Source: Candidatus Dormiibacterota bacterium
Lineage (GTDB): Bacteria; Chloroflexota; Dormibacteria; Aeolococcales; Aeolococcaceae
DNA: 64,000 bases
Direction: 5' to 3'
NCBI GenBank assembly: GCA_963718525.1
Contig: OY970355.1
Span: 1,120,001 to 1,184,000, forward strand
Shown: piece by piece, positions 39,133 to 48,883 of the stretch
Numbering within the stretch: position 1 is the first letter of the stretch
How the letters are laid out: every line of letters begins with the position of its first letter
Position numbers and translations under genes: made by a program
Notes under the pieces: generated by a model
Told to the model about the DNA's origin: nothing
Database searches by the model: none
What the model saw: the letters and a program-made list of their open reading frames with translations, nothing else

Positions 39133-40254
39133 TCAGGCGGCGCGCTGCAGCCAGCGCTCAGGATTGCGAAGCTCGTCCAGCGTCGGCATCATCTCCGCCG
39201 ACTCCCAGACGCGGTTCAGGGTATCGATCCCCGTCCGTTCCACCACCGCGACCGCGAAGTGCTCGCCCACCTCGTACTGGCGCATCTTCATCTCCAGGCC
39301 GGTGACGGCGAGCACGAGCCGCTCGATGGGTCCGCGCTGGCGCCGGCGCTGCTGCATCGCCGCCTCCAGCAGCTCGGACCCGCGTATCGCGGAGCGACCG
39401 GCCCGGTGCATCACGAAGTTGCTGTATCCCTCGAGCACGCTCATGATCGCCTGCACGTTGCGGACGGTCTGGACCTGAGCGCGAACGGTATCGGGCAGCT
39501 TGCGAACCAGCTGACTGGACGGAAGCAGCGTCTTGCCATCGGCAGAGAGGGCGTCGAGCATCAGCCCGCGCATCAGGCTCTCGAGATGATGACCCAGCCA
39601 CGGATGCATCTCGAACTGCCAGGCGTGGGTCAGCTCGTGCAGGATCAGCCAGGGGCGAAGGTCGGTACGGGCGAGATCGAGATCACGCTCGATCGCGGCG
39701 ATGTTCGGCTCCACGAGATAGAGGGCGCTCGCCTGTCGCGGCGTCTCCGGGAGGTCCTCGAGCGCGAGGACGGGGTCGTACTGCCCGAGGACGCGACGCG
39801 ACATCAGGCCGAACAGCTCGCCGACGTACCGGTCCAGCAGCCGCCGGCCCATCCCGGTCGCCAGCGATTCGGGGACAGTCGCGCGGATCCGCTCGACCGG
39901 GGCGAGGAGGCGCTGGACCATCCCGAGGTTGGCGTCGATGAAACCCCGGCGATCGAGGGCGACGAACCGCGGATACGTGGTCAGGGGCACCTGGCAAATC
40001 TCGGTGAGCAACGGCGCGACCCGCGCGGCCATCTCGGTGTACGCAGCCTCGAGCGCCTCCGCGTTGATCCCTGCACCGTCCCGGCCGCCGGAGCGCGACA
40101 CGGCGATGCGGCGAACGTCGTCCCAATCGACCAGCCGCCGAGGTGCCTTGAGCTGAGGGCGCAGGAGAACGCGGGCCGACAGCGCGGCTCCAGCGCCGAC
40201 CGCTCCCACGGCGAGCGTCCTCCGGACCACATGTCCTCGACTGGCGGGACTCAT
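39133..40254 (-). CDS. Zincin-like metalloprotein (F420-biosynthesis-associated/DUF2342-type)
   Basis: VLGQYDP, LVEPNI, HELTH, MSVLEG, KMRQY, PTLDEL..P.RW. Confidence 0.85.
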   Translation of the reverse strand: MSPASRGHVVRRTLAVGAVGAGAALSARVLLRPQLKAPRRLVDWDDVRRIAVSRSGGRDGAGINAEALEAAYTEMAARVAPLLTEICQVPLTTYPRFVALDRRGFIDANLGMVQRLLAPVERIRATVPESLATGMGRRLLDRYVGELFGLMSRRVLGQYDPVLALEDLPETPRQASALYLVEPNIAAIERDLDLARTDLRPWLILHELTHAWQFEMHPWLGHHLESLMRGLMLDALSADGKTLLPSSQLVRKLPDTVRAQVQTVRNVQAIMSVLEGYSNFVMHRAGRSAIRGSELLEAAMQQRRRQRGPIERLVLAVTGLEMKMRQYEVGEHFAVAVVERTGIDTLNRVWESAEMMPTLDELRNPERWLQRAA

Positions 40255-40293
40255 GCCTCGATCATACGGGGGGATCGCCGTTCGCCCCGGTCG

Positions 40294-41139
40294 CTACATG
40301 GAGGAGCCCGACCGCCCGTCGATGTAGACGGGATGATCGGGAGGCTTGCCCTCCAGCCAGTAGGCATCGAGGCGCTCGTCGGTCCAGCCCCGCGCACGCA
40401 GGAAGGGCTCGTCGAGGATCTGCTGCCCCGTGAGCGACGGTGGCTCGGTGCTGACGATCTCCATCATCGCGTCGCAGAGGATGTCGGGCGAGCGCCACTG
40501 GCTGCGGTCGCCAAGGCCCCAGTTGATGCTCGCAAGGCTCTCGATGATCGTCACCGGCCAGAGGGAGTTGCCGGCGATGCCGTCGGCGGCATGCTCCGCA
40601 GCGATGCCGATGGCGAGCCGTGTCATCCCCATCTTGGTGGTCATGTAGGCGACGTGACCGGGGCTGGGCTGCGTGCTGATCGGCGGAGAGCAATTGATGA
40701 TGTGGCCCCAATGCTGCTCGACCATGTGGGGCAGGGCGTAGTACGCGCACAGGTACGCGGCACGAACGTTGATCTCCCACATCAGGTCATAGCGCTTTGG
40801 CGGCGTCTGCAAGATCGACTGCCACCAGAGGGCGCCTGCATTGTTGATGAGGATGTCGAGCCGGCCGAAGCGCTCGATCGTCGCCTCGACCATTGCCTTG
40901 ACCTCGTCCTCGTGGCGCACGTCGACACGCACCGCGAGCGCGGATCCCCCGGCAGCCTCGACCTCCGCCGCCACCGTGTGAATGCTTCCGGGAAGCTTGT
41001 CGGTGCCGCTCTCGGACTTGCCGGTGATCACGACGGAGGCCCCCTCGCGCGCTAGGCGGAGCGACATCGCCCGGCCGATCCCGCAACTCGATCCCGTGAC
41101 CAACGCCACGCGGCCGTCGAGTGGACGTGGGGCACTCAC
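40294..41139 (-). CDS. Short-chain dehydrogenase (HSDL2-like)
   Basis: TGSSCGIG, LPGSIH, NNAG, YMTTK, NSLWP; GTGA overlap with the HD gene. Confidence 0.9.
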   Translation of the reverse strand: MSAPRPLDGRVALVTGSSCGIGRAMSLRLAREGASVVITGKSESGTDKLPGSIHTVAAEVEAAGGSALAVRVDVRHEDEVKAMVEATIERFGRLDILINNAGALWWQSILQTPPKRYDLMWEINVRAAYLCAYYALPHMVEQHWGHIINCSPPISTQPSPGHVAYMTTKMGMTRLAIGIAAEHAADGIAGNSLWPVTIIESLASINWGLGDRSQWRSPDILCDAMMEIVSTEPPSLTGQQILDEPFLRARGWTDERLDAYWLEGKPPDHPVYIDGRSGSSM

Positions 41140-41750
41140 GCGACGAAGTTCCTGATCGCGTCCACCAGCTCCGCGAGCTGGTCGGTCGGCGGGCCGGGCA
41201 TACGTCGCTGGAGGATGCTCAACACGCTCGTGTAGTACCAGAGTTGCTCGTGCGGATCCTCGACGGTGAAGCGCTGCCACACTGCCGCGCCTTCGGTACG
41301 AAGGTCGGCAAGGATCGAACCCGCGTTGTGGATCTTGTCGCACGCCGACACCAGGAGCGCATCGCGATCGGCGTCGCGCTCGAGGTGGTCGAGATATCGC
41401 TGTTTGCGCTCCTTCCATGGTGGTTTCGGCTCGCCCGGGACGGCGACGACGTCACTGCACGTCAGGACGATCCGCGCCACACGTGGGCCGAAGTCCTCCT
41501 CGAGGCGCCGAAGCATCGCGGCCCCGTCCTTCGAGTCCTCCACGGTGTCGTGAAGCAGCGCCGCGATTGCGACATCCTCATCCGCACCGTTCTCGAGCGC
41601 CAGCGCGCACACGGCCATGACGTGCGCCATGTATGGGATGCCGGTCTTCTTTCGCAGCTGGCGGCCGTGCACCTCCCACGCGACCACGAATGCCGAGGTG
41701 AACCGCTCGGTCAGCCGCGGGGCGGTGTTCGACTCCGGCACGCCGGTCAT
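41136..41750 (-). CDS. HD-domain protein, small alarmone hydrolase (SpoT/Mesh1 HD_4)-like
   Basis: HGRQLRK, PYMAH, AALLHDTVED, WKERK..YL, DKIHN. Confidence 0.88.
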   Translation of the reverse strand: MTGVPESNTAPRLTERFTSAFVVAWEVHGRQLRKKTGIPYMAHVMAVCALALENGADEDVAIAALLHDTVEDSKDGAAMLRRLEEDFGPRVARIVLTCSDVVAVPGEPKPPWKERKQRYLDHLERDADRDALLVSACDKIHNAGSILADLRTEGAAVWQRFTVEDPHEQLWYYTSVLSILQRRMPGPPTDQLAELVDAIRNFVA

Positions 41751-41807
41751 TGTCCGTTGCGGCGGGCAGGTCATGAGGGTGCATGCGGTCTGGAGCCAGA
41801 ATGGGGC

Positions 41808-42302
41808 GTGCGCTTCTACCTCGGCCATCGCCTCCCCGGAGGATTCTGGGCCGGCCTCTCGACCTACGGGAGGCGACCGCACCGCGCCGTCCGGCAGGCC
41901 GCGCACGCGACCGGTGGCATCGGATGCGTCGGTTTCGTCGTCCTGGTCGTGGTGATCGCGCTGGGGATCGCCTACTGGTACGTCAGCGTCCCGGTCCTGG
42001 TGCTCACGGCCATCGCCGTCGGTGTCACCGTGCACCGGCAGCATGTGCATCGGACGCGGCCGGCGCGCGTTGTGTCCGACACTCCCGTGCCTCCGCCGGT
42101 CCCGGTGGCACTGGCGGCGCGCGGGCAGCGCACCGCCAAGCCTCGCCCGCTGACCATGCCAGCGGACACCTTCAAGATCGGCTCGCTGGTCCACCTCGAG
42201 AAAGAGGGGAACCGCACGACGTACTTCGTCGACCACGGGCGGACCCCGGACGAGATCGTGCTCAAACGCGTGACGACGACGCCGATCGAGATGGATGCCT
42301 GA
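41808..42302 (+). CDS. Hypothetical membrane protein
   Basis: Basic N-terminus, TM hairpin, Pro-rich linker, small beta domain; overlaps the ATPase start by 8 nt. Confidence 0.55.
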   Translation: MRFYLGHRLPGGFWAGLSTYGRRPHRAVRQAAHATGGIGCVGFVVLVVVIALGIAYWYVSVPVLVLTAIAVGVTVHRQHVHRTRPARVVSDTPVPPPVPVALAARGQRTAKPRPLTMPADTFKIGSLVHLEKEGNRTTYFVDHGRTPDEIVLKRVTTTPIEMDA

Positions 42303-44730
42303 CGCCGCCCTGCTCGGTCTCGTGGTCGACCGTATCGCAGTCCGGCCGCCGGCGGACCCGGGGGGGCGCCTCGTGCTCGCGGCGTTCGGCGGGCCGGCGG
42401 CGGTTGACGCCGCCCTCCATGCCGAGTTCGAGCCGGCATCGGCGGCTGGTCCCAACGGAGCGACGGCACGGCCGCGCTCCGCCGTCTACCTCACGGACAT
42501 CGAGGTGGAGGGCTTCCGGGGCGTCGGACCGACGACCAGGCTGGCGATCGACCCGGGCCCCGGGCTCACCCTGGTGGTGGGCCGCAACGGGTCGGGGAAG
42601 TCCTCATTCTCCGAGGCTCTCGAGATGGTGTTGCTCGGCACCAACAAGCGGTGGGAGCAGCGGGTCAAGGTGTGGCGCGACGGGTGGCAAAACCTCCACC
42701 ACCGCCACACGAGGGTCGTGGCCCGGTTCGCGGTCGATGGGCGCAAGCAGCCGCTCGAGGTCGCACGTGTCTGGAAGGACGGTGACGGCTTGGAAGGATC
42801 GACGCTGTTCGTCGACGGCAAGCCGGCCGACCTGGATGGGCTGGGCTGGGCGCACCCGCTCACCGGGTACCCGCCGCTGCTCTCCCACAACGAACTCGAA
42901 CATGCCCTCGATCGCGAGCAGTCGAAGCTGTACGACGCGCTCGCCGGGATTCTCGGCCTCGGAGACCTCGCCGAAGCCCAGCAGGTGCTGCAGAAAGCGC
43001 GCCTTGCTCGCGAGCGCGAGGTGAAAGACGCACGCGAGGCACTGCCGGCGTTGCGCGCGTTGCTCGAAAGAACCTCGGACGAACGCGCGGCGCTGGTTCG
43101 CTCGGCGCTCGCTGCCAAAGTGTGGGATCTCGACGCGGTCTCGAGCACCGTCGGCGGCGACGCCGAGAGTGACGAGCGCAGCGTGCTCCGTAAGCTGCGC
43201 GATCTTGCAGGTCTGCCGGTGCTGGATCGCGACAGGCTCAACGCGGCGATCGCCGGCCTGCGTGATGCGCATGCGGCCACTGAGCGGCTGCGGGGCACCG
43301 ATGCCGGAAGGGCACATGAGCTGGCGGCGCTCCTCGAGCAGGCACTCGCCGTGCACGCCCACGCCGAGGACGAGCGGTGCCCGGTGTGTGGCACCGAGGG
43401 CGTGCTGACCTACCGGTGGCGCGTGCAGGCGCGCGACCAGGTCGTCGCGCTCCGGGTCGAGGCGGAGGCCCTTCGCACCTCCCGCCGCATGCTTGAGGAT
43501 GCGATCCGCCAGGCTCGGCAGCTGATCACCGCACCGCTGAAGGCGTTGCGTGACGGCGCCGGCGCCGGTATCGATATCCACCCGGTGATCGCGCTCTGGG
43601 AGCGATGGGCCGAAGTTTCTGCCGATGATGACGCTATCGCGCTGGCCAGCAACCTCGAGACGCACGGTCCACCGCTTCTCGTGTCCGTCGCCGATCTGCG
43701 TCGGGCAGCCGCAGCCGAGCTCGAGCGGTTGGAGCGAGCATGGCGACCGGCCGCCGACGCGATTGCGTTGTGGCTGCCGCTGGGTCGTCGGGCGCACGAG
43801 GCGGAACGGGAGATCAACGGGCTCAAGGATGCCGAGCGATGGCTCCGAGATGCGCACGACGAGCTGCGTGATGAACGCTTCCGTCCCATCGCAAGTGCGG
43901 TCCAGGAGAACTGGACGGCGCTGCGCCAGGACAGCAACGTCTCGCTCGGTGAATTACGTCTGCTCGGCGCGCAGACCCAGCGCCGACTCTCGCTCGACGT
44001 CAAGGTCGATGGTGAGGATGGGTCCGCCCTCGGGGTCATGAGTCAGGGCGAGCTCAACTGCCTCGCGCTGTCGCTGTTCCTCCCGCGCGCGTCGATGCCC
44101 GAGTCGCCGTTTCGGTTCGTCGTGATCGACGACCCGGTGCAGGCGATGGATCCGGCGAAGGTGGCCGGCTTGGCGACGGTGCTTGCGCGTGCGGCCAGGG
44201 AGCGTCAGGTCATCGTCCTCACGCACGACACCCGTCTCGCGGATGCCATGCGCGCGCTGGATATTGCGGCCACGGTGGTCGAGGTGGTGCGGCGCGAGCA
44301 GTCGGTCGTTGAGCTGCGCCGGATACAGGATCCCGTACAGCGCTACATCGACGATGCGCTTGCGGTTGCGATGAGCAGGGACGTCCCCGTTGAGGCATTG
44401 CGGGTGATCCCCGGCTTCTGCAGGCTCGCGCTCGAGGCCGCGGCGGCACTCGCGGCGACGCGGCGCCTGCTGCGTCAGGGCACCGCGTACGCGGAGGTGC
44501 AGAACGTGTTGGCGAAGCCGACCACGCTGAACATGTGGCTGGCACTGGCGCTGTTGAACGATCCGGAGCGAAGCGGCGACGTGATCGGCTTCCTGCAGAA
44601 GCAGCATCCCTGGGCGGTCGATGCCGTCAGGGAGTGCAACCGCGGAACGCACAGCGGCAAGGTCTATGGCGATATGAAGGAGTTCATCCGCAGTGTCGAG
44701 CGGCTGACCAAGAAGATGCTCGAGCGTTGA
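42295..44730 (+). CDS. Rad50/SbcC/RloC-like ABC ATPase with zinc hook and HEPN-like C-terminal domain
   Basis: EGFRG, Walker A GRNGSGKS, coiled coils with CPVC, signature MSQGE, VIDDPVQAMD, LTHD; tail CRLALE...RECNRGTH. Confidence 0.85.
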   Translation: MPDAALLGLVVDRIAVRPPADPGGRLVLAAFGGPAAVDAALHAEFEPASAAGPNGATARPRSAVYLTDIEVEGFRGVGPTTRLAIDPGPGLTLVVGRNGSGKSSFSEALEMVLLGTNKRWEQRVKVWRDGWQNLHHRHTRVVARFAVDGRKQPLEVARVWKDGDGLEGSTLFVDGKPADLDGLGWAHPLTGYPPLLSHNELEHALDREQSKLYDALAGILGLGDLAEAQQVLQKARLAREREVKDAREALPALRALLERTSDERAALVRSALAAKVWDLDAVSSTVGGDAESDERSVLRKLRDLAGLPVLDRDRLNAAIAGLRDAHAATERLRGTDAGRAHELAALLEQALAVHAHAEDERCPVCGTEGVLTYRWRVQARDQVVALRVEAEALRTSRRMLEDAIRQARQLITAPLKALRDGAGAGIDIHPVIALWERWAEVSADDDAIALASNLETHGPPLLVSVADLRRAAAAELERLERAWRPAADAIALWLPLGRRAHEAEREINGLKDAERWLRDAHDELRDERFRPIASAVQENWTALRQDSNVSLGELRLLGAQTQRRLSLDVKVDGEDGSALGVMSQGELNCLALSLFLPRASMPESPFRFVVIDDPVQAMDPAKVAGLATVLARAARERQVIVLTHDTRLADAMRALDIAATVVEVVRREQSVVELRRIQDPVQRYIDDALAVAMSRDVPVEALRVIPGFCRLALEAAAALAATRRLLRQGTAYAEVQNVLAKPTTLNMWLALALLNDPERSGDVIGFLQKQHPWAVDAVRECNRGTHSGKVYGDMKEFIRSVERLTKKMLER

Positions 44731-44738
44731 AGCCTGAT

Positions 44739-45128
44739 ATGAACACCGTGGTGGACGCACATGCGCTGGTTTCGGCGGCGCGTGACCTCATCTGCGACGA
44801 CGATTCGACGACAGCCGGGCTCTGGCCCCGCGCCGCGGCGCTACTCGCGCGCCAGGGACTCGAGCTTGCCATGGCGGGGCTCTGGGAGGTAACGGCTCCC
44901 GGGCTGGAGCGAACCTCGACGCGATGTCAGTTGCTCTGTGTCGGCGACATGCTCAACGATCGCGAGCTCGGCGGCCGCGCGACGTTGACGTGGCGCTCAC
45001 TCTCCAACGCCTGCCACCATCGCATCTACGAGCTGCCACCCACCGCGAGCGAGCTCAACATGGCCCTCGAGACGGTGTGGGACCTTGCGGAGTCAGTGGA
45101 GCGCGTGCGCGGGAGGATCCAGACGTGA
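44739..45128 (+). CDS. Small alpha-helical protein, HEPN-like
   Basis: WPRAAALLARQGLE...LSNACHHRIYEL; starts 8 nt after the ATPase stop. Confidence 0.6.
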   Translation: MNTVVDAHALVSAARDLICDDDSTTAGLWPRAAALLARQGLELAMAGLWEVTAPGLERTSTRCQLLCVGDMLNDRELGGRATLTWRSLSNACHHRIYELPPTASELNMALETVWDLAESVERVRGRIQT

Positions 45129-45198
45129 GGCGCGGTCAACCTGTTGCCATGGTTCGACGCCGCGGTCTCGTCGTGCTCGTTTCCGGGACCCTCACCCC

Positions 45199-45248
45199 TT
45201 AGCACTCCCCCCCGCGCCCCGCTAGCAGTCAGGCATCGCGAGTGCTAA
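45199..45248 (+). promoter_or_regulatory. CIRCE (HrcA operator) plus an extra half-site
   Basis: CTAGCAGTC-N9-GAGTGCTAA at 45222-45248; perfect left arm TTAGCACTC at 45199-45207. Confidence 0.88.
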
Positions 45249-45293
45249 ACTGAGCCCTGGAACCCAGGCTAGAGGATCAAACCAGGAGGAACC

Positions 45294-46904
45294 ATGGCCA
45301 AACAACTGCTATTCGACGTCGAGGCTCGGGCCCATCTCAAACGAGGGGTCGATCGGGTCGCGGACGCCGTGAAGATCACCATCGGCCCCAAGGGCCGGAA
45401 CGTCGTGCTGGACAAGAAGTTCGGGTCGCCGACCATCACCAACGACGGAGTCACGATCGCCAAGGAGATCGAGCTCGAGGAGCCCTTCGAGAACATGGGC
45501 GCCCAGCTGGTCAAGGAAGTGGCGAGCAAGACGAACGACATCGCTGGTGACGGGACCACCACCGCCACCGTGCTTGCCCAGGCCCTGATCGCAGCCGGCC
45601 TGCAGAACGTGGCCGCCGGCGCCAACCCCATCCAGCTCAAGAAGGGCATCGAGCTCGGCGTTGAGGCGATCGTCAAGGCGATCAAGGAGCAGTCGATCCC
45701 GATCTCCGAGCGCGAGAAGATCGCTCAGGTTGCGTCGATCTCCGCGGCTGACCCCACCATCGGCGAGACAGTCGCCGATGCGATGGAGAAGGTCGGCAAG
45801 GATGGCGTCATCACCGTCGAGGAGTCGAAGGGCCTCGAGACCGAACTCGAGCTCGTCGAGGGCATGCAGTTCGACAAGGGGTACATCTCCGCGTACATGG
45901 TCACCAATGCCCAGCGCATGGAGGCCGTCCTCGAAGATCCGTACATCCTCATCACTGACAAGAAGATCTCGGCGATCGCCGACCTGCTCCCGATCCTCGA
46001 GAAGGTGGTCCAGAGCGGCAAGCCGCTGCTGATCATCGCCGAGGACGTCGAGGGCGAGGCGCTCGCAACTCTCATCGTCAACAAGCTCCGCGGCACCTTC
46101 AACGCGGTTGCGGTCAAAGCCCCGGGCTTCGGTGATCGCCGCAAGGCGATGCTGCAGGACATCGCGATCCTGACCGGTGGCCAGGTGATCAGTGAGGAAG
46201 TGGGCCTCAAGCTCGATTCCGCGCAGCTCAGCTCGCTCGGCCGCGCCCGCAGCGTGACTGTCACCAAGGACGACACCACGCTCGTCGAGGGCAACGGCAG
46301 TAAGGACGCGATCAAGGGCCGCATCGAGCAGATCAAGGCCGAGATCGAGAAGTCCACGAGCGACTGGGACAAGGAAAAGCTCCAGGAGCGTCTTGCCAAG
46401 CTCAGCGGCGGCGTCGCCGTGATCAAGGTCGGCGCGCCGACCGAGACCGAGCTCAAGGAGAAGAAGCACCGCATGGAGGACGCCGTGTCCGCCACGCGCG
46501 CCGCTGTCGAAGAGGGCATCGTGCCTGGTGGTGGCGTCGTGCTCGTGAACGCGATCCCCGCGCTCGACACTGTGAAGGCCGAGGGCGATGTGCTCACCGG
46601 CGTGAACATCCTCCGTCGCGCACTGGAGGAGCCCCTCCGCCAGATCGCGCAGAACGCCGGCATGGAAGGCTCCGTCGTGGTCGACAAGGTGAAGTCGCTC
46701 CCCAAGGGGCAGGGCTTCGACGCGGCCAAGGGCGAGTACGTCGACATGGTCAAGGCCGGCATCATCGACCCGACCAAGGTCACCCGTTCGGCGGTGCAGA
46801 ACGCGGCATCGATCGCCGCGCTGCTGCTCACCACCGAGGCGCTGATCACCGACATTCCCGAGAAGAAGGGAGCACCGGCGGGTCCGCCGATGCCGGAGTA
46901 CTGA
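45294..46904 (+). CDS. groL: Chaperonin GroEL
   Basis: [40 protein letters not shown]; SD GGAGG. Confidence 0.99.
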   Translation: MAKQLLFDVEARAHLKRGVDRVADAVKITIGPKGRNVVLDKKFGSPTITNDGVTIAKEIELEEPFENMGAQLVKEVASKTNDIAGDGTTTATVLAQALIAAGLQNVAAGANPIQLKKGIELGVEAIVKAIKEQSIPISEREKIAQVASISAADPTIGETVADAMEKVGKDGVITVEESKGLETELELVEGMQFDKGYISAYMVTNAQRMEAVLEDPYILITDKKISAIADLLPILEKVVQSGKPLLIIAEDVEGEALATLIVNKLRGTFNAVAVKAPGFGDRRKAMLQDIAILTGGQVISEEVGLKLDSAQLSSLGRARSVTVTKDDTTLVEGNGSKDAIKGRIEQIKAEIEKSTSDWDKEKLQERLAKLSGGVAVIKVGAPTETELKEKKHRMEDAVSATRAAVEEGIVPGGGVVLVNAIPALDTVKAEGDVLTGVNILRRALEEPLRQIAQNAGMEGSVVVDKVKSLPKGQGFDAAKGEYVDMVKAGIIDPTKVTRSAVQNAASIAALLLTTEALITDIPEKKGAPAGPPMPEY

Positions 46905-46925
46905 TCGGCAACTGATTCGATTCCT

Positions 46926-46968
46926 GAAAGGGCGGTCCGGGATTCTTCCCGGGCCGCTCTCTTCTTTT
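46926..46968 (+). terminator. Rho-independent terminator after groEL
   Basis: AGGGCGGTCCGGGA / TCCCGGGCCGCTCT stem followed by CTTCTTTT. Confidence 0.85.
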
Positions 46969-47082
46969 GTCCGTATATCCGCGATGAGTTGATCAACGAT
47001 CGGCTACAACCCGGCGACGGCCGGACGCGCCTCGATCGACCCTGCGTAGATTCGACCTTCGAACCCACTCAGAGGTACTTCA

Positions 47083-47625
47083 ATGACCGACGCGCTGCCA
47101 GACGATTCGTTCGTGGAGTCAATGGGCTCCGGGTTGCTGCATCTCACCGGGATCGGGAGCCGCCTCGCGAAGCGCGAGACTGACGAGGAGCAACTGGACG
47201 CGCTCGACGGCAAGCTGATCACGGATCTCGGCCGGGAGTTTCACGATCGCGGCGACGAAGCCGCTCCAGGCCTCGACCTTGCGTCCGTGGCACAGGTGGA
47301 TCCCGAATTCACACCGGACGCGTTCCTGCTCATCGCGAGAGATGCGTTTCGCGTCCTCCAGGACGCGCACACCGAGGGAGCACCGGCCCTCGACGCGGAC
47401 ATAGCTTCGGCAGAGGTCACGGCGGTCTCGATGGAGGGCGGGCGAGAGCGAGCTGTCGTGCGTTTCGGTATCACGGGCACCGCGGCGGTCACTCAGGATT
47501 GGACCTTCGAGCGCGACCCGTCGGTCGACACGACCACCGAGGACGAGGATCACGAGGTTGCCGACGGCGGATGGTTGGTCGCCCACCGCGGGTGGCGCCT
47601 CACAGGGATCGCAGCCGCCGCCTGA
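47083..47625 (+). CDS. Tim44-like domain protein
   Basis: DPEFTPDAFL..AR..F..LQ.A, VVRF, WTFER, WRLTGI. Confidence 0.65.
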   Translation: MTDALPDDSFVESMGSGLLHLTGIGSRLAKRETDEEQLDALDGKLITDLGREFHDRGDEAAPGLDLASVAQVDPEFTPDAFLLIARDAFRVLQDAHTEGAPALDADIASAEVTAVSMEGGRERAVVRFGITGTAAVTQDWTFERDPSVDTTTEDEDHEVADGGWLVAHRGWRLTGIAAAA

Positions 47626-47665
47626 AAAGCGATTGTGTCCATCATGGGCGCCGCGTGAGACGCCC

Positions 47666-48883
47666 ATGCTGAGCAATACCCGACTACCTGGCCCGTTCTC
47701 GCGCCTGCCCATTGCCTGGGTCATCGCGTTGGTCGTGTTCGTCCTGGCTGGCCTCAGCGCGCTCACCAAGAGCGGCGGTCAGCAGGCGCTGCTCCTGGCC
47801 GCCCTCGGTGTGATCCTCGTCCTTCGCGGAGCGACGGTCTTCTACCAGCGCCGGCCGATCGCGGGCCCGCCCCCGATCGAGCCGTCCTCCGAATCACCCG
47901 CCCCTCCACGCGTTGTTGGAGCTCGGTCACCGTCAGCCCCAGTCTCGATCGCGACCGTCCCCGAAGTCCCCCAGACGGTGATCGAGGCGCGAGATCTCGC
48001 CAAGCGATACGGGCAGATCGTCGCGGTCGACGGAGTCAGTTTCTCGGTCGAGAGCGGCGAGATCTTTGCACTGCTCGGCCCCAACGGTGCGGGGAAGTCA
48101 ACAACGCTCGAGATGCTCGAGGGGCTCCGGGACATCGATAGCGGCACCGCGCTGGTGCTGGGAACCGACATCAAGTCAAACGCCGTGGCCGTGAAACGGC
48201 GCATCGGCGTCCAACTCCAGGCGACAGCGCTTCCGAGCTTCACGACCGTCCGAGAGTCGATCGACCTGTTCCGCGCCTTCTATGACCACACGCGCGATAC
48301 CGCAGATCTCCTCGTGGAGTTTGACCTGGTTGCGCAGGCGAAGCAGGTCACCACAAAGCTCAGCGGGGGCCAACAGCAGCGGCTCAGCATCGCACTCGCC
48401 ATGGTCAATGATCCCGACGTGGTGTTTCTCGACGAGCCGACCACCGGCCTCGATCCCCAGGCGCGAATCTCGTTGTGGGGCTTCATCGAACGTTTCCGGA
48501 GCCGTGGCAAGACGGTGATGCTCACCACGCACTACATGGAGGAGGCGGAGCGGCTGTGCGATCGCGTCGCGGTCATGGACCAGGGGCACATCGTGGCGCT
48601 CGATACGCCGGACCGCCTGGTGACATTGCACGCACCGGGCACGACGATCTGCTTCACGAGTCCGCACCCAGACGCGGAAGGACTGCGTGCGTTGACCGGT
48701 GTCGAATCGATTGAGGTCGACGCTGGAACAGTGCGCATCGTCACACGGACTCCCGAGACCGTCCTCGCGCAGTTGCTCCACCCTGACAGCCCGGAGTCGC
48801 ACGGGCTTAGCAACCTGCGCGTGGAACGGGGCACGCTCGAAGACGTGTTCATCGCTCTGACCGGGCGCGACCTGCGCTCATGA
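47666..48883 (+). CDS. ABC-2 exporter ATP-binding protein with N-terminal TM extension
   Basis: GPNGAGKS, LSGGQ, FLDEPT, TTHYMEEA, TLEDVF. Confidence 0.93.
   Translation: MLSNTRLPGPFSRLPIAWVIALVVFVLAGLSALTKSGGQQALLLAALGVILVLRGATVFYQRRPIAGPPPIEPSSESPAPPRVVGARSPSAPVSIATVPEVPQTVIEARDLAKRYGQIVAVDGVSFSVESGEIFALLGPNGAGKSTTLEMLEGLRDIDSGTALVLGTDIKSNAVAVKRRIGVQLQATALPSFTTVRESIDLFRAFYDHTRDTADLLVEFDLVAQAKQVTTKLSGGQQQRLSIALAMVNDPDVVFLDEPTTGLDPQARISLWGFIERFRSRGKTVMLTTHYMEEAERLCDRVAVMDQGHIVALDTPDRLVTLHAPGTTICFTSPHPDAEGLRALTGVESIEVDAGTVRIVTRTPETVLAQLLHPDSPESHGLSNLRVERGTLEDVFIALTGRDLRS

Noticed and set aside
42295-44730. Canonical SbcCD, SMC-ScpAB or Wadjet
   Set aside because: No SbcD, kleisin/kite or adjacent JetABD genes. 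It has a zinc hook rather than a hinge, plus an extra C-terminal domain.
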